64,000 bases of DNA from Octopus sinensis (GCF_006345805.1 NC_043005.1:81654001-81718000); one strand, 5' to 3'; positions 1 to 13,866 are shown, counted from the stretch's first letter. Numbers and translations are program-made. The notes: a model not told the origin generated them from the sequence alone.

Positions 1-199
1 CATATATATATATAGACATATATACATAGACACAAAAACACACACCCATCCTTATACATGGACACCACAAACACAAACACAGATATATGTATGTATATGT
101 ATGTATGTATGTATATATATATATGTATGTATATATGTATATATATGTATATATATATACACACACACACACACGTAAGTAATCGTGTAGACACTCATG

Positions 200-239
<40 letters not shown>

Positions 240-292
240 TATAAATATATATATATACACATATAAATATATATACATGTATATATAAATAA

Positions 293-323
<31 letters not shown>

Positions 324-452
324 CACGCACACACATATGTGTGTTTGTGTGAGTGCGACTCTGTGTGTGTGTCTGTGCGTGCGTGTGTGTGTGTTTGTAC
401 GTGTGTGTGTGTTTGTGTGTGTGTGCGTGTGTACGTGGGTGTTCATGTGTGT
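1..452. repeat. Compound microsatellite (TA)n/(CA)n/(TG)n
   Basis: Runs of TA, TATG, CA and TG; the ORFs here are YI/HT/CV repeat artefacts. Confidence 0.95.
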
Positions 453-818
453 GTAAGGTCTTTGATAGCAAAATCTCTTATATACATGCAGCTATCAGAA
501 ATGATAAGTTTACGCATGGAAAGAGATAAGTTTCTTCATAAGCCGTCAGGTTTTATTTGATGTATAAAATCAAGTTGGTTGAATAGGAATTAATGTGGAT
601 TATCAAAAATGGTAAAAACAGAAATGGAAAAGTAGACGAACCACAACGAATCACAGACTTACGAACGATGAAAGAATACTCATACATACATAAATATTTC
701 CATATGTGTGTGTCTTCATGTATGCACGTAAACGCAAAATTTATGTGTCCAGATGTATATATATGTAGGTATATCTCTCTCTCACTCTCTCTCTATCTAT
801 CTATCTACCTATCCATGT

Positions 819-860
<42 letters not shown>

Positions 861-899
861 CCATACATACATACATGTGTGTGCCTGTGTGTGTACACA

Positions 900-936
<37 letters not shown>

Positions 937-1225
937 AGGAATTTTTATCTATCAATGCGCAACTTATGTCTGCTGTCTACAATAATAGTCAATAATAGAA
1001 ATGAATTGTACCGAGGCGTATCACACAGTCTGTCCAGTAAACTGCTTACATTTTGAGAAAAGAAAATCGCTTACTCATGTTGTTTTGAAAGATATTTGAA
1101 TGACCACTCCCATTGTTTATCTAAATTATAGGGATTTGCACTTGGGCAGTTCAGTTTGTTATTCAGAGTTATCAACCAGAAGAAGCACTACCAGTTTGGG
1201 TGTGATACATAAAAAACATATACAT

Positions 1226-1614
1226 GCGCAGGAGTGGCTGTGTGGTAAGTAGATTGCTAACCAACCACATGGTTCCAGGTTCAGTCCCACTGCGTGGCAT
1301 CTTGGGCAAGTGTCTTCTGCTACAGCCCCGGGCCGACCAATGCCTTGTGAGTGGATTTGGTAGACGGAAACTGAAAGAAGCCTGTCGTATATATGTGTGT
1401 GCTTGTGTGTCTGTGTTTGTCCCCCTAGCATTGCTTGACAACCGATGCTGGTGTGTTTACGTCCCCGTCACTTAGCGGTTCGGCAAAAAAGAGACCGATA
1501 GAATAAGTACTGTGCTTACAAAAAATAAGTCCCGGGGTCGATTTGCTCGACTAACGGCGGTGCTCCAGCATGGCCGCAGTCAAATGACTGAAACAAGTAA
1601 AAGAGTAAAAGAGT
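1226..1614 (+). mobile_element. tRNA-derived SINE, family A (near full length)
   Basis: A-box-like tggctgtgtggt, B-box-like ggttcagtccc, CORE-like cttgggcaagtgtctt, internal (TG)n, tail ggtgctccagcatggccgcagtcaaatgactgaaac plus (gtaaaaga)n. Several homologues elsewhere in the window. Confidence 0.9.
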
Positions 1615-1788
1615 ATGCATACACACACATATACATACACACACACACAGGCATACGCACATAGAGTTCTATGTCAAAACCCAACATCTTCCAAGTTATC
1701 CGACAGAGCCAGCAAACAAGAAGAATGCTCGGCTGGTTTATGTGTATTTACGTTCGTGTGTGATCCTCTACTTGCATGCATATATATA

Positions 1789-1792
<4 letters not shown>

Positions 1793-1864
<72 letters not shown>

Positions 1865-1897
1865 AGTGTGTGTGTTAGCGTGAGTGTGTGTGTGTGT
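1793..1897. repeat. (TG)n microsatellite
   Basis: About 100 bp of nearly pure TG. Confidence 0.95.
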
Positions 1898-3362
1898 ATT
1901 CGCTATTATATATATGGAAATTCATCATTTTCCTAGTAATTTGTTCCTAATTTAATATAGTAGAAAGAGATTTAAAATAAATTTGTCTGCTCCCTGTTGT
2001 AGGTTTACCTTTCACTCAGAAGTTTTCCCCATCATCTCAAAATAAACATTGATGTTGTTGTTTATTCTCTAACCTGTTCTATAGCCAAACTATAATAAAA
2101 GGCGTTCCAAACGTGACAATCGCCAGATTCTTATGAAATATATTGTTACATACTGATGCTTATACTGAATATTCATTTCAGGATGTGATATGTAAGAGCC
2201 CTTTTTCTTATTTTCAGAAAACATTTGCGGATGTTACTAAATCCTGAGATGTGAGATGATAAAATGCTATCTGATGCGAGTCATACGGGTTATCTGGATG
2301 ATTCTGGTCGAACACAAACTCAATAACATACACACATACACAAATGGGAATGCATAATTTCATTATTTAGTTTAGGTAGCACAGAAATATCTCATTTAAA
2401 ATCCATCTGCGGAATGGCCGTATTATCAATATTTTATCTAACAAAACTCATAACTAGTCCAGCCTTTCAATCGTGATGGTTAAATATTTTCTATTCAATA
2501 TGTCTTCTTTGGCTCCTGTTCGAAGGTTATAATCGACACAGGTTCGTGTGTAATATTGCTAGCTAGAGGCGATGGCTTCTTGGAGCTAATCAACAGCAGC
2601 TTTCGTCCTATATTTATGAACTGCCATATTAGCTTGGCGATAACTATTAATATTTTATTACACGTAAACGTTAAGCAACAAAATCTTATATTGATCACCC
2701 CACCTAGGGCCATGGGAGATCCGATTGAAAACCACGTGGTTAAACAGTAACATAGGAAGCAGACAAAATGCTGACTATTCTTTTGCTATTTATTGTGGCC
2801 ATTGTAGTTGTAAATGCTAACCGCAAGTAATTGTGCGTTAAGGAAATTATAAGTTCCCATGACACATATAATTTTCCTTAAGTCATATATGCTGGACAAC
2901 TCAAGGCGTGTTGTAGTATATCTCTGCTTTCCTTAGAGACATACCGCAACGTGCCTTGCCTCACTGTTCTTGTCAAAGTAGCAGCGACTGAATCAATAAA
3001 TACATGTAGGAGAGTGTATATTCTGTGGTGTAGAAAAGTGTAAATTTGGAGAAAAAAAATTAAACGACATTCTTATAGAAGAGAGTTACTATATCTAATG
3101 ACACCAAAAACGCACATATTAGACACGCCCCAACTTCAGCAAACCATATCAGGAAAAATAAGCACAGTAAAGCTTATAGGAGGCCTAGCTTCGCATGTAG
3201 GACTATGGTTGAATATTTGAGATATTCTTTTTGTTATATGCCATCTTATACGATATTAAGATAGTGTTAACAAGGTTAACAAAAGAACGGTAAACCATTT
3301 AGTGATTTCAATAAATTATCGAACTTGTCAAATATTCTTCCTCGTTTCTCATAACTGTAAGA

Positions 3363-3735
3363 AAGTGATACCTCGCAGTACAAGTTTAATTCGTTCCATA
3401 TCCGAGCTCGTCTTACAATTTTACTCTTTTTACAAATTAATTTTCCTCATTGAATTATCTAAAACATAGATTAATCCGTTCCAGTCCACCAAAACCACTC
3501 AAAAGTAATTTTGATGGGTTTTAAAACAGAAGAGGTGTAGTTACAAGTAAAATGACGATTATAAATCGAGAATGCAAAAGAAATATATAAGCTGCTTTTA
3601 TTAACTGAATTACCTTAAATATGGGATGATTTATGTGCTCGAACTGCGGATTTTTGTCCCTACTTCAAAACAAAAATTGGCGCGTACAGCAAATTACTCG
3701 TAAATGGTTCAATCGTACTGCGAGGTTCTACTGTA
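3363..3735. mobile_element. Tc1/mariner-pogo (Tigger-like) MITE, copy 1
   Basis: Terminal inverted repeats agtgatacctcgcagtac ... gtactgcgaggttctactg followed by TA; internal sequence is the reverse complement of 14263-14555. Confidence 0.75.
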
Positions 3736-4259
3736 TTTGGTTCTAGCAGAGAAGAATGTTTGAAATTCAGAAAATAATATTTTGCAAATAATTACTTCTA
3801 GAACTTCCCGTCATACAATGTCTGTCGTACAATGATTAGAGAGAGATACTGAAAGGACTTTCGAATGATGTCGAATATCGTAACATAACACTTTATACAT
3901 GGTTTTTATTCCTTAGACCGTTTTTAGAGTCAATGAAAATATCAACAGTAAGAATGCAGGTAGGTGCATATTTCAAGATACGGCTAAGATTCTAAATCAC
4001 GTTAATGTGTTACGGTGAACACCGGAGTTCGCAGAGAAAAGGTATAGAAAGATGAAATATAGAAATTTAGATTGACACTTGGAATTTAAAGAAAGCTAAA
4101 ATTAAAAATTGACAATAATGACTATGTTGCAGATAATGATTAAGTCAGAGAGGGTGATGAAGATGAAGATGCCACTACCAGATTATCAGAATCAAGAGGA
4201 TGAAAAAACGAGATTTGATAATTAACATGACAGTGATAAAAAAGAATAACTCTGCTGAT

Positions 4260-4318
4260 CATGATTACAAAGATGATGACGAGGGAAACAATGACGATGA
4301 CACCGACGGCAATGATGG

Positions 4319-4370
<52 letters not shown>

Positions 4371-4545
4371 GGAGGCTGATGATGAAAGGGGCTGATGATG
4401 GTAGGGGCTGATGATGGTGAGGGATGGTGGTGGTGGTGGTTGTGACGTTGATAACGGTGATAGTGTTGTTCATAACGGTGATGATGATAATGAGGAGGAG
4501 GAGGAGGAGAAGAGGAGGCCAGTGTGGAGGATGATGAAGATGTCA
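4260..4545. repeat. Compound trinucleotide repeat (GAT)n/(GGT)n/(GAG)n
   Basis: Visible trinucleotide runs; poly-H/S/D ORFs are artefacts. Confidence 0.9.
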
Positions 4546-5676
4546 ATGGCGACAAAGATAATACTTTATATTTTTGAAAGCATAAATATACCGGAAACAT
4601 ATATGTAAAAATGAAAACATATTCTGTATAGATATCCCAGAAGTGAATCGAAGGATTTAATTTTCTAAGGATTTCAACTTTATGCAAAGTTTTACAAAAC
4701 CAAAGAAGGAAGAAACATTTCTACTTATAAATGATATTGAGTTGCATGTGGTACCATGTGGTAAAAACTAAATGTCTTTCACTAAGTGTCTGAATGTTAC
4801 TTTAGTGAAAAACAAACATTTCACGATGGTGCCTATGCCAATGGGATAAAGAAAACAACCGTTGTTCCATGCAGATCGCTGCATTCAATATGGTGGATGG
4901 AAAATAAATGATGAATGAGGAAAAAAAGCAAAAGAAAACAGCCTTATTCTGAAGATGTTGCCACGCTTTACACGCTTCAAAAATTTTCTTAAATAAAACT
5001 AATCTTTCACATTTTCTGCTGGATTGCTCCGAGCCGACATGTATTACGACAATTTTTTTTTTCGAATTCACGGCGGTTTAAGTTCCATGTCACCTATAAT
5101 GACATGTCTAAATGCGATTGGAAGAACTGTTTCTTTCGAGAAAAAGCTGCTTTTCAAAGTTGTTACATTCAAATATCTTGTCTGTATGTAATCAACACAA
5201 GATGATACATGTACTTATGCCACCCAGCAACAAAACCCTAAAAAATCCTATACTAATTCGTATCTGAAAATACAATTTGTTTTGTGTAAATAAAACGGCA
5301 GAAAAATAAATGTATTAGAGTACATAAAATCAGGTAACTCTGAACTGTATTTTGTTTATATTTTTTTGAAACAGGAGAAGATAAACGTACCTTTAACGTA
5401 AACTAGAATGTTTGAACATGATAAGGTAAAAACGAAGCTAAATGTTGTATGTCGAGGTATAATACAATCAAGAAAAGCATTCACTTAATATAAGGAAAGA
5501 AAATACAGCAAAAATAATACCGAATAGGAAAGTCAATGTTTAACGTAAATATATTTATTCTAAACATTTAGGTATTGGCAACATCCGCAAATTAGAAAAA
5601 AACCTGTTGTACATGTGTGTGAAGAAAAAGATGCCGATTGATGATACAGGCGGAAAAAAGAAACCATGATAATAAA

Positions 5677-5720
<44 letters not shown>

Positions 5721-5721
<1 letters not shown>

Positions 5722-5925
5722 CCAAGTAGTTATAGGTGTATTGGGAACTATTCCTAAACATCTGAACAGATGGATATAAGAACTAGTCATAAAACCAGTT
5801 TAGTACAGCTGCAGAAAACAGTGGTATTAGGGACAGCTAGGGTACTTAAAAGGGTTCTTGGCGCCTAAGGCTACTTGTCATAGTTTGATGTTAGGATTCT
5901 TTCCTTTTGCAACAATAAGTTGAGT
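5721..5925 (+). mobile_element. 3' end of a restriction-like-endonuclease LINE (R4/Dong-like) within (TAA)n
   Basis: Translates to QVVIGVLGTIPKHLNRWI* and, after a frameshift, LVQLQKTVVLGTARVLKRVLGA*, matching the R4/Dong C-terminal pattern; (TAA)n on both sides. Confidence 0.7.
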
Positions 5926-6289
5926 GTATGATGATGATAATAATAATAACAATGATAATAATAATAATAATATAATAATAATAATAAAAGTACAAGAATA
6001 GTAGAAACAAAATTTGAAACAAGGGAAACACGGAGGATGGCGATGAACAGAAAGCTGTTAATGCACCAAAGAGACAAGGATTTTACATGAGACGATGAGG
6101 AGATGAGGAGGAGGAGGAGGAGGAGGAGAAGATGAAAAACATGATGATCATGGTGATGATAACATAAAATGGAAACAAGACGAAGACAGGGAAGTGCAAG
6201 AATGGACATAGTGGGAATAATACGAAATAAGTAGAAACGGGTCAAGGATAGATTAAAGAGACAAACTGGGAAATACTTGAAATAGAAAA

Positions 6290-6300
6290 GGTGGTAGTGT

Positions 6301-6340
<40 letters not shown>

Positions 6341-6470
6341 GGTGGTGATGGTGGCAGCAGCACGAGGAGTAGTAGTAGTAGTGGTGGTGGTGGTGGTGGT
6401 GGTACTGGTGGTGGTAGTAGCAGTAGTAGTAGTAGTAGTAGTATTAGTGATTGAATTGGGAGGAGGAGGA
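6290..6470. repeat. (GTA)n/(GTG)n trinucleotide repeat
   Basis: Visible runs. Confidence 0.9.
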
Positions 6471-7454
6471 ATAATGATAGGGCGAAGGAAAGGGAAATAA
6501 GCAAGAAAGGATGAACATGGAGATGTGTGAGACGAAGAGAAAAACAAAAAATTAAAGGGAAGCAATGCACATGCGCATAAAAAAGGAATAGTCAGCAATG
6601 TCTGTTCAAAGTTTTAGGTTCAATTAGGCTTGCACGACACATCATAGACCCTCTCCACTCTATTGACATTATCTAGAGACAAGGACAAGCCGAGGCAAGA
6701 TATCTGGTGCTAATATGATTTGCAGGCTCAGGGACCTGGAAGCACCATGATCTCAAGCATAACTAAAAGATCCTCAAAATGTGCAATGCTATCCCCTGCA
6801 TATCTGGTCTTATATCAGAATAACCTTTTCCTAAGGACATGCTTCAAGAAGAGGTAAAGGATGCCTTACGCCCAGTGGTCTTCTAGTACGCCGAACACCA
6901 TCCCGGGATTTTTGCGTGCTTGTACTATAGCTAGGTTGTCGTTGAACCTGCACTAGGTTCTTCCAGCCGTTTAACAGGTCTTGTTTTCAGGCCTGCTGGG
7001 TTTCTAGCCTAGTGAAGGGGCTGGATTAGACTCCAACAACATAACCATGCAACAGGTTATACTGGGTTCCATGTTACCAGTAGCACTCATGTGAGCCTCA
7101 CAAGTGACCTGACATACATACATACATACATACATACATTATTTAATTTGCTTTGCGGGAAGGACTGTTTCAATGAAGTCGCGTCTTGTCCTTACCTTCT
7201 AAAACGCGGAGTAGATGAAACAGGGACAACAGAAGAAGGGGAATATTCCTTGTGTTGTATATCTTGTGCGCTGTTTTTTGTTGTTTGTAAAAAAGTTCGC
7301 TTCCATGTTTTTGTTTTTGTTTTCGTTTCTCATTGTATTCAACGTTTTTTTTTGACGTCATGTACCCATATATGCATATATATATATATATAGATGTAGG
7401 CATGTACATATATGTATGTGTATATGCATATATTTATATATTATTTATATTAAT

Positions 7455-7565
7455 ACATACATACATAATACATACATAATACATACATACATACATACAT
7501 ACATACATACATACATACATACATACATACATACATACATGCATGCATACATACATACATACACA
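7455..7565. repeat. (CATA)n tetranucleotide repeat
   Basis: Visible run. Confidence 0.95.
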
Positions 7566-8524
7566 CGACAATGGTTTAGCTGACCGAAACATCGCAGTCA
7601 CTGCCAAAATATTCTTGCTTTAGAATGATAAATTGTTACTCTACAAAAGTATAGAGTAACCCATGAGATTATTGCAAAGTTGCTTTTATTATAACTGAAC
7701 ATAAAAATAACACACACACACAGATATATATATATACCGAGAGCGAGAAAGAGACAGAGAGAGAAAGCGGTCAGTATATTTAGTTGATTAAATACCGACC
7801 TTTAAATAGATATGATCAGTAAATCAGATCATCAAAATGAATGTAATAACAGAAAAGGAAAAAGAGAAAACATCATGAAAGTCTTTACGGCTTTGCAGAC
7901 TCACATATGCCTATACACATAAAACCACACATATTCGCAACATATATGTATATATACATATACATAAACACATATACCGTATATATTAATACACAAACAC
8001 AGACACATATATATGTGAGTGTGTTTGACTATCTCTGTATCTCAAAGAATTCTCATATTTTCAAATCATTCTGGCGTTTGTTTTACCAAATTAGTTTCTA
8101 ACATTATTTCACGCTTCAAGAGAATATGAAGCTCCCATTCGATTTCAAAATATCTTCCACTGTGATAACTTTCGCCAGAGATTTGTTAACAAGGTAAAGA
8201 AATTATTGGTTTGTGTTTGGGTTGGACGGAACTTCCTTAAAGTCTGTGGTGTATTATACCACCATAAAATTCACATATTATACGCATTGCAATTTAAATC
8301 AATAACTATATTATCAACAAGGCAAAATGAAATTTTCCAAGTAAAATCCAATATCGTAGCATCTTCAATTAGTTTCTCAAAATATAATCAATGAGCATCT
8401 ATTGACGTTTCTGATACTTTTGAAGTTCTTTGTTACTTTTCTCTTTCTTCCTTCGGCTCGCATTCTATTATTATTATTATTATTATTATTATTATCATCG
8501 TCATCATCATCATCCTTATTAAGT

Positions 8525-8733
8525 TTACGAGCTGGCAGAATCGTTAGCACACCGGGTGAGATGTTTAGCGACATTTCGTCCGTCTGTACGTACTGCGTTC
8601 AAATTCCAATGAGGTCGACTTTGCCTTTCATCCTTCCGGGGCCGATGAAATAGGTACCATTTACGCAATAAAGGTATATAATCGACTAGATTCCTTCCCC
8701 AAAGTTTGAGGCCTTTTGCTTCCAGTAGAAAGA
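8525..8733 (+). mobile_element. tRNA-derived SINE, family B
   Basis: Head gagctggcagaatcgttagcac, B-box gttcaaattcc, central gtcgactttgcctttcatcc motif. Confidence 0.85.
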
Positions 8734-8894
8734 ATTATTATTATCATTGTTGTTGATGTTGTTTTTGTTGTTGTTGTTATTATTATCATTATTATTATAA
8801 TAATAATTATTATCATTATTGCTATCATCATCATCATCATAATCATCATCATTATTATTGTTATTATTATAATTATTATTATTATTATCATTAT

Positions 8895-9900
8895 TTTATT
8901 AGATGTTTCACTTTTGCTTTATATTTGTATATGTTGGCTCCAAGCCTCATCCAGAGATCTCAAGAGACAACACGCTAGAAGTTCAAGTTGGTGCTATGAC
9001 TAAGATGCCATATATTATTTGCTTTGGCACAAAGTATTGTTCTAGAGAATGTTAAAAAAAACATAAATAATTTAAGAGTTTGTTTTAAAATTTGGGATTA
9101 CATACACATTATTTTACGTAGGACATAGTAAGTCCCCACGATTTTTGAATTTCTATCATTTCGGGATTTCCCGGTATCGAAACTAGGTAGCAATCAGCCC
9201 GTTTTGCTATCATTCCTTGAGGTTTCATATTTTGCCGATTTCTATTTCAAGGTATTTATACTGGCTCAGGTTTTGGTAAGTCTTGACAGATACATTTATA
9301 TCGATTGAGACACTCATATCGATGAGAATGCAGGGATTTTTGTATGAAATCCTTCAATATAATGTCTGGCCTACTTGCATCTATCTTTCTGTCAGTTTGA
9401 ATAGTGAAGTTCCAGAGGAGTGAGATGTGGTCATTTTCAAGCACTGGAGGTGCTTATCATGGGTCAGGTCCAAATTTTTACCATAGGACAGGTCCAATAG
9501 GGACATGTCCAAGATTTTATCATGGGAGAGGTCCAAGTGCATATCCAAGTTTTTATCAAGGGGCAGTTCCAAGTCTTTGCAAATTACCCAGTTAATATAC
9601 TCTGCTGATCTATCATGCCTTTTGAGATACTCTGTAGGCGCAAGAAGACTGCACATGGACACAAAATGGTCGATGGTTTCATTTTGTTGTTTACATAGAC
9701 GACATGTTGTGTTACAGCCGTTCTTTAATGTTAACCCAGTAGCTTCTTTTAGGAAGTCATTGATCTTGGGCTGCTATGATAAACCCTTCTGTCTCTGATT
9801 TTATGCCAGCAGACACTAACTATTGACGTTATGTAGTTGTCGGAGCTGTTTTCAGGCATGATTTCTCTTGCTCTTCTATTTGATTGAACTTCAGTCTGTG
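8895..9900 (-). mobile_element. Degenerate R4/Dong-like LINE 3' portion (CCHC knuckle plus restriction-like endonuclease)
   Basis: Minus strand reads CRLCKQQNETIDHFVSMC, EYLKRHD and LLWNFTIQTDRKIDASRPDIILKD; frameshifted; 3' end runs into the (ATT)n tract at 8735-8895. Confidence 0.85.
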
Positions 9901-11192
9901 CTCAAGTGAATTATTCAAATTCAGTGGAAGCCTGAAAAACTAAATTAACTATCAATGCTTTCTGTGAGACACAAAAGATGGCTTTTGTTACGTCAAAATT
10001 ATAGAAGGGTCACTATTGGTTAAAGTGACAATAACTCTGGTAAACTTTGAACGTCGAAGAATAATCCAAGCCTTCCGGAAGGAATACCTGGGTTATGTGC
10101 AACTTCAACAATTCATGGCCGATCATCTGTCCTCATTTCAGACTACTTTCTCTCTAACTCTACAGGCACTACCAACTCAGTCTTTTTATGATAAGCACAG
10201 AACATTTAAGCTGTTCTGCATCCAACCGGGATTGATTATTACGCGAGACCTTCGTCAGGATGGCCACATGTTAATTTTGTTGATTTGAGTTTACTTTATA
10301 TTATGGTACTTCTGGACTACCAAAAAATATTTTTTTGAATTCCCTGTTTGTTATGGATGTAGATAAGCAAGGAATAATGACAATAATAAGGAGAAATATG
10401 TTCTGTCTTCAAGATGCCATAGAAATCTAACGGATAAAAGTTGTGTTGAAAATTCTAGTATGATGATGGACGCAAAATATTTATTAGGATTCTTCTTTTT
10501 TATTTTTACTGTCTCTTTGTTTAATACTTTGTCTGTATTTGTGAGAACACGTCTTTGCACTGAATAATATTGAATAGAGAGCTACCTGCAGAATCAATGC
10601 AAATTTATTTAATACTGTGTAAAACCACAATAATAAGAATGGGTATATGGTAAACAGATAAAATAATTATAACTGTAGTACCTGGCGCAGCAACAGCGGC
10701 AATTATAGTAATAATAAGCTCCCAAGAGATTCGAACAGAAAGAAAAAACAGCGTACAAAAAGCCAACAAATTTTTGTACAAGCAAAAGTGATTCAGAGAT
10801 ATTAGTAACGAAAATATTTCGAATAACATCAACGGCAAATGCACCAGCAATAACAAAGCTACGAGATAAACACATGCATTAGTGAATGTTTCAATAACTA
10901 AAGAAAATGCCTTAGCACTGGAAGAATATTGTTTGTCTCAGTAATATGGTTATGAATTTTACAGGATGTCACAATTGTAAGATACTTCGTTCAAATGCTT
11001 CTGTAGTATTGATATCATTTTGAAATTAGTTGGCTTCATTAGTGTCTCAAAATAGTGTCACTTACTCGACTTGTCCAGAATATATATCTGGTATCTCTGT
11101 CGTTTTATTATCTTAATAGAAAAAGTCGGTATAAGTGGAACGATTACCACAAAAACATTAGAAACCGAAAGGAAAATTATATTTCAACAATA

Positions 11193-11348
11193 GGTACATG
11201 TGTGCCTGTGTGGTAAGAAGCTTCCTTCCCTCCCACGTGTCTCTGGGTTCAATCCCACTGCATCATACCTTGGGAAACACTTCTATACTCTTGGCCCGAC
11301 GAAAGCCTTGTGAGCAGATTTGCTTGTCGGAAAATGAAAGAAGCCTGT

Positions 11349-11383
<35 letters not shown>

Positions 11384-11598
11384 ATGTATATATGTATGCA
11401 TGTATGTATGTATGTATGTATGTATGTATGTATGTGTGTGTCTTTGTGTCTGTGTTTGCCCCCATCAACGCTTGAAAACTGCTATTTAGCAAAAAGAGGA
11501 CTGATAGAAAAGTCCGAGGCTTAGAATTCTCGAAGGCGGTACTCCAGAATGGCCGCAGTCTAATGAGTGAAACAAGTAAAAAATAAAAGGTAAAAGAA
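11193..11598 (+). mobile_element. SINE family A, diverged
   Basis: tgtgtggtaagaag head, gggttcaatcccactgc, internal (TATG)n, ggccgcagtctaatgagtgaaacaagtaaa tail. Confidence 0.85.
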
Positions 11599-12127
11599 AA
11601 TCCTCCAGAGTTCGGCCCCCATTTTCGTATTTTGTTTATTGCTCTGTCTTAAAGTGTATTACAAAAATGGACCTGTACCCCTAGTCGCTTTCTTTCTTGT
11701 TTCAATGGTAATAATGACCAGAGAACCACTGGAAGTAACGTGTGTGTTATCAAAAGCGTCAAGTGGGCAATAACATGAAAGAGCAGAACAGTAGCAGAAC
11801 GACAAATACGCAAGACACACAATGAAAACAATTTGACTGATAAAATAAACAAATAATAAATAAATAAACAGGAGAAACAATGTTAGTAGAAGTAACATCT
11901 GTATGGTTGCTAGATATGTAAGAAGTACACGTGATAAAGAAAACACGTTGGAAATTTACAAACCAAACAGAAGCAATGATAATGATAATTATAGTCTGAA
12001 AAGCAGCGCATTATTGCTAAAAAAAAAGCATTGGTAATCTTTGTAGCAGAAAGAAATCACAGAAATGCTAATATGACTGGTGACTGCGCGACGAAGAGAG
12101 AAAGCATTTAAAGTGTAATTTGCTTCT

Positions 12128-12504
12128 TATCTTTCGTTTGCTTGTATCAGCCACTGGATTGTGGCCATACTGGGGCAGCAAAACGATCCTGGTCATTATC
12201 TGTTTACAGCCTAGCCCTCATTAAATGTAAAGAAACAAATGTCGGTTGTCAAGTGGTTGTAGGAAACAAACACAAAAACACACACACGCACACACACACA
12301 CATTATATATATATATATATATAGGCGCAGAAGGGGCTGCGTGGTAAGTAGTTGCTTGCCAACCACATGCTTCTGGGTTTAGTCCCACTGCGTGGAACCT
12401 TGGGCAAATGTCTTCTACAATAGACCAAATCCTTGTGAGTGGATTAGGTAGACAGAAACTGAAAAGAAACTCGTTGTATATATATATATATTTGTCTGTG
12501 TGTG

Positions 12505-12549
<45 letters not shown>

Positions 12550-12940
12550 TTGTGTGTCTGTGTTTTTCTCCTCAGCAACATCGCTTGACAACCGAGTCAG
12601 GTGCGTTTACATCATATAACTTAGCGGTTCGGCAAAAGAGCTGGATAGAATAAGTACTAGGATACAAAGAGTAATTCCTGGGGTCGATTTGCCCGACAAA
12701 AGGCGGTGCTCCAGCTTGGCTGCAGTCAAATGACTGAAATAAATAAAAGAATATATATATATATGTGTGTGTATGTATGAAAATCCATCGGAGGCTTCCA
12801 CTCAGTTTCCATGACCCAAAATCTCGATTGACCAGTGGCTATAGTAGAAGACAGTTTACGCAACGTGCTGTGCAGTGGTATTGAACCCCAAACAATCAGC
12901 TTTCAAAACGATCTTCTTAACCATGAAGTCGTGTCTGCGC
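12128..12940 (-). mobile_element. Old SINE family A copy interrupted by a younger copy
   Basis: Tail half at 12128-12300 and head half at 12790-12940, both on the minus strand. Confidence 0.7.
12324..12750 (+). mobile_element. SINE family A nested in the microsatellite of the preceding SINE
   Basis: Head ggcgcagaaggggctgcgtggtaag through tail cagtcaaatgactgaaataaataaaaga. Confidence 0.88.
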
Positions 12941-13505
12941 AATGGACTATCGACCAATCTCCGTCTTTAACCGAAGACATATCAGTTAATACCACTGAAA
13001 TTCCTAAAATAGCAGAAAGATGAAGGCTAGAATGCCTTTTGACCATAAGTTTAATTTATTCGGGTCGGGTTAATTGGGAGGCAATAAAGCAACAATGAAA
13101 ACAGGAAACACACTGCCTCCTGTTGCATATTTGATATTTAGGGATGAAAGATCACGCAAGTGAATTAAGGAATTACTATGTTGAGCAATTTTCTCAGATA
13201 CATGAAGATGTAGTACGAATGCGATTCGGAAAATCAAAAGCAAGTGCAAAAGGTGTGTTGTGAAAATAATGGACTTTTCTTTTTGAGTAGACACAATTAC
13301 TTCATCATTAAGATGGCATGAAAATGGGACCAGGAAAAGTGAAAACACACTAAAATGTCCTTCAAACACGAAAGAGAAATTGTTTAAAGTGCTCGAATTT
13401 CATGTTTTTGCTCGATAATAGTAAAGAATGTATCAACATTAACGATGTCACGAAATCACTCTTCATAAAACGTCGAAGCTATTCTCTTCTGTTTTCTAGT
13501 TACTG

Positions 13506-13570
<65 letters not shown>

Positions 13571-13866
13571 AGTGTGTGTGTGTATGTGTGTGTGTGTGTT
13601 TGTGTAGATAGATACATATGTGCGTGTGTTTGCGTGCGCACGCGTGTAACACTCAGTTTGAACTATTTATATGGTAGTGCGTTTCTCACAAATATATTAA
13701 TTGTAAAAACAAACACTGCACTATAACAGATTATGTTTTGTTCGTCATTCCATATAATTTAATCCTCTAAAAGAAGAATGTAGCAGAAAAACAACATTAT
13801 TGTTGAAAATTATTAGTAAAATTTATTAAAGTTGAATTCACTCATGTCTTCTGTTACGTATGTACA

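Noticed and set aside
4222-6598. Poly-His/Ser/Thr/Pro/Val ORFs
   Set aside because: Trinucleotide microsatellites with no flanking domain or convincing splice structure.
6600-7110. GC-richer island ending in (CATA)n
   Set aside because: Probably a retroelement remnant, but no motif or second copy in the window supports a call.
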